DNA from: Eledone cirrhosa
Lineage: Eukaryota
DNA: 64,000 nucleotides
Assembly: GCA_964016885.1 (NCBI GenBank)
Contig: OZ024751.1
Coordinates: 40,858,001-40,922,000, forward strand
Direction: 5' to 3'
Numbering within the stretch: the first letter of the stretch is position 1; every line of letters begins with the position of its first letter. The notes beneath the pieces were generated by a model, which ran no database searches, was not told the DNA's origin, and saw only the letters and a program-made list of their open reading frames with translations. Below are positions 62,528 to 64,000 of the stretch, in pieces. The position numbers and the translations under genes were made by a program.

Positions 62528-63765
62528 TATATTTGATATATATAGATATAGTATTCGGTATACATAGGAATGTATTTCGGGTATATAGTAATATAATATA
62601 GTAATTTTATATATAGTTCATATATATTTGTATATATTTGGAATATGGATTATATAATTTTATGAACAACGACACGTGACACTACTCATAAAATTAATAG
62701 TTATATCAACGAGAAAAACAGGAAAACAAAAATCAATTTGATCAGCAAAGATTAGGTTTTACCGTTTCTGCACATTGCGTTAGCGTCCTCACAGGAACGT
62801 ATCGATATTGATATCGAAGAATATTTTTGCTGTGAGTTGATGAAATTGTTTGATTACTCCACGGGAAAGTATCAATATCCATAAAATTAATATTTTTATC
62901 AACGATAAAATTGAGGGGAAACAAAATTGAATTTGTTCAAGAAAAAAAATTAAGTATGGCTCTTTCTGCGTTTTGTTACGTGTTACGAGTTACCACCTGC
63001 GGCTTCCATGTATTTGCTACCATCTGGCATATACGATAGTCGACTGGAAGCTTAATAGGCTGGTGGAGATACTCTCATGGAATCAGAAAATAAAGTTTAT
63101 TTTTCAACATTGTCCCCGGAAAGAAACATATTTACTAATGATTTCAACATTATGATTATATATAGTTATGTGTGTGTAAAAATTGATAATTTTAATAAAT
63201 CTCTCAAAATTCTTCATCAACTAATTAAAACAGAGTGTATTGACATTGGATATTCAGTGACAAAAGGGTTAAATATGATGTATCTTTTCAGATAAAGTCT
63301 AATAGACTAATACTCCAGGAAGATATACTTCGTATGTGTACGAGTATACAGTGTGTATACAATGTAGAAATAAGCAACCGTTTTAAAGTACTATTTAAGT
63401 CCTGGGAGTCGATATAATCGACTTACCTCTCCCCCACCTACCGAAATTTGCTGGCCTTATGTAAGTGTTAGAAAGAATTATATTAACATACTTTAAGCTA
63501 TTCACGTTTGTCTGCTGTGGCATTTCAAACTGATTTTCGTCAAGTACACATTTCACTGACTTTCCTTGACTTAATTATTATTGAACATGTGTTTTTACAA
63601 AGTCCTTTGTTTGACATTTCCCATACTACTAGAGTTTATTCAATACAATCGTCTGTTTATCTCGAAATTCCACATCAGCTAACTCAAACAACTTTGCTGT
63701 AAATATGTACTATTTGTATATATGCATACATGCATACATATATACATACCTACATGTATACATAC

Positions 63766-63923
<158 letters not shown>

Positions 63924-64000
63924 CAAGAAATGACACGACAAACTCAGAGATGCAAACACACAAAACCTTATTAGTTTCATGCTATATATATATATATATA

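Overview
Eukaryotic, AT-rich and extremely microsatellite-rich DNA. The SINE repertoire and the (TA)n/(CA)n/(CATA)n density point to an octopus-type cephalopod genome (inference). I could not support any host protein-coding gene, and nearly all ORFs in the track are translations of simple repeats. The window holds dozens of tRNA-derived SINEs (Meta-like and CORE types), a 5'-truncated R4/Dong-type RLE LINE in a (CATA)n tract, an RTE LINE remnant, a Tc1/mariner-type MITE and remnant, and several minisatellites. The main discovery is at least 8 distinct families of short (100-500 bp) non-coding elements lodged in (TA)n tracts. Many form large fold-back inverted repeats and carry minimal type I hammerhead ribozymes (CUGANGA..GAAA..UH, often with a palindromic helix III), including a U3:A8 compensatory core variant. 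They look like Penelope-like pLTR or retrozyme-type non-autonomous retroelements that target TA microsatellites.
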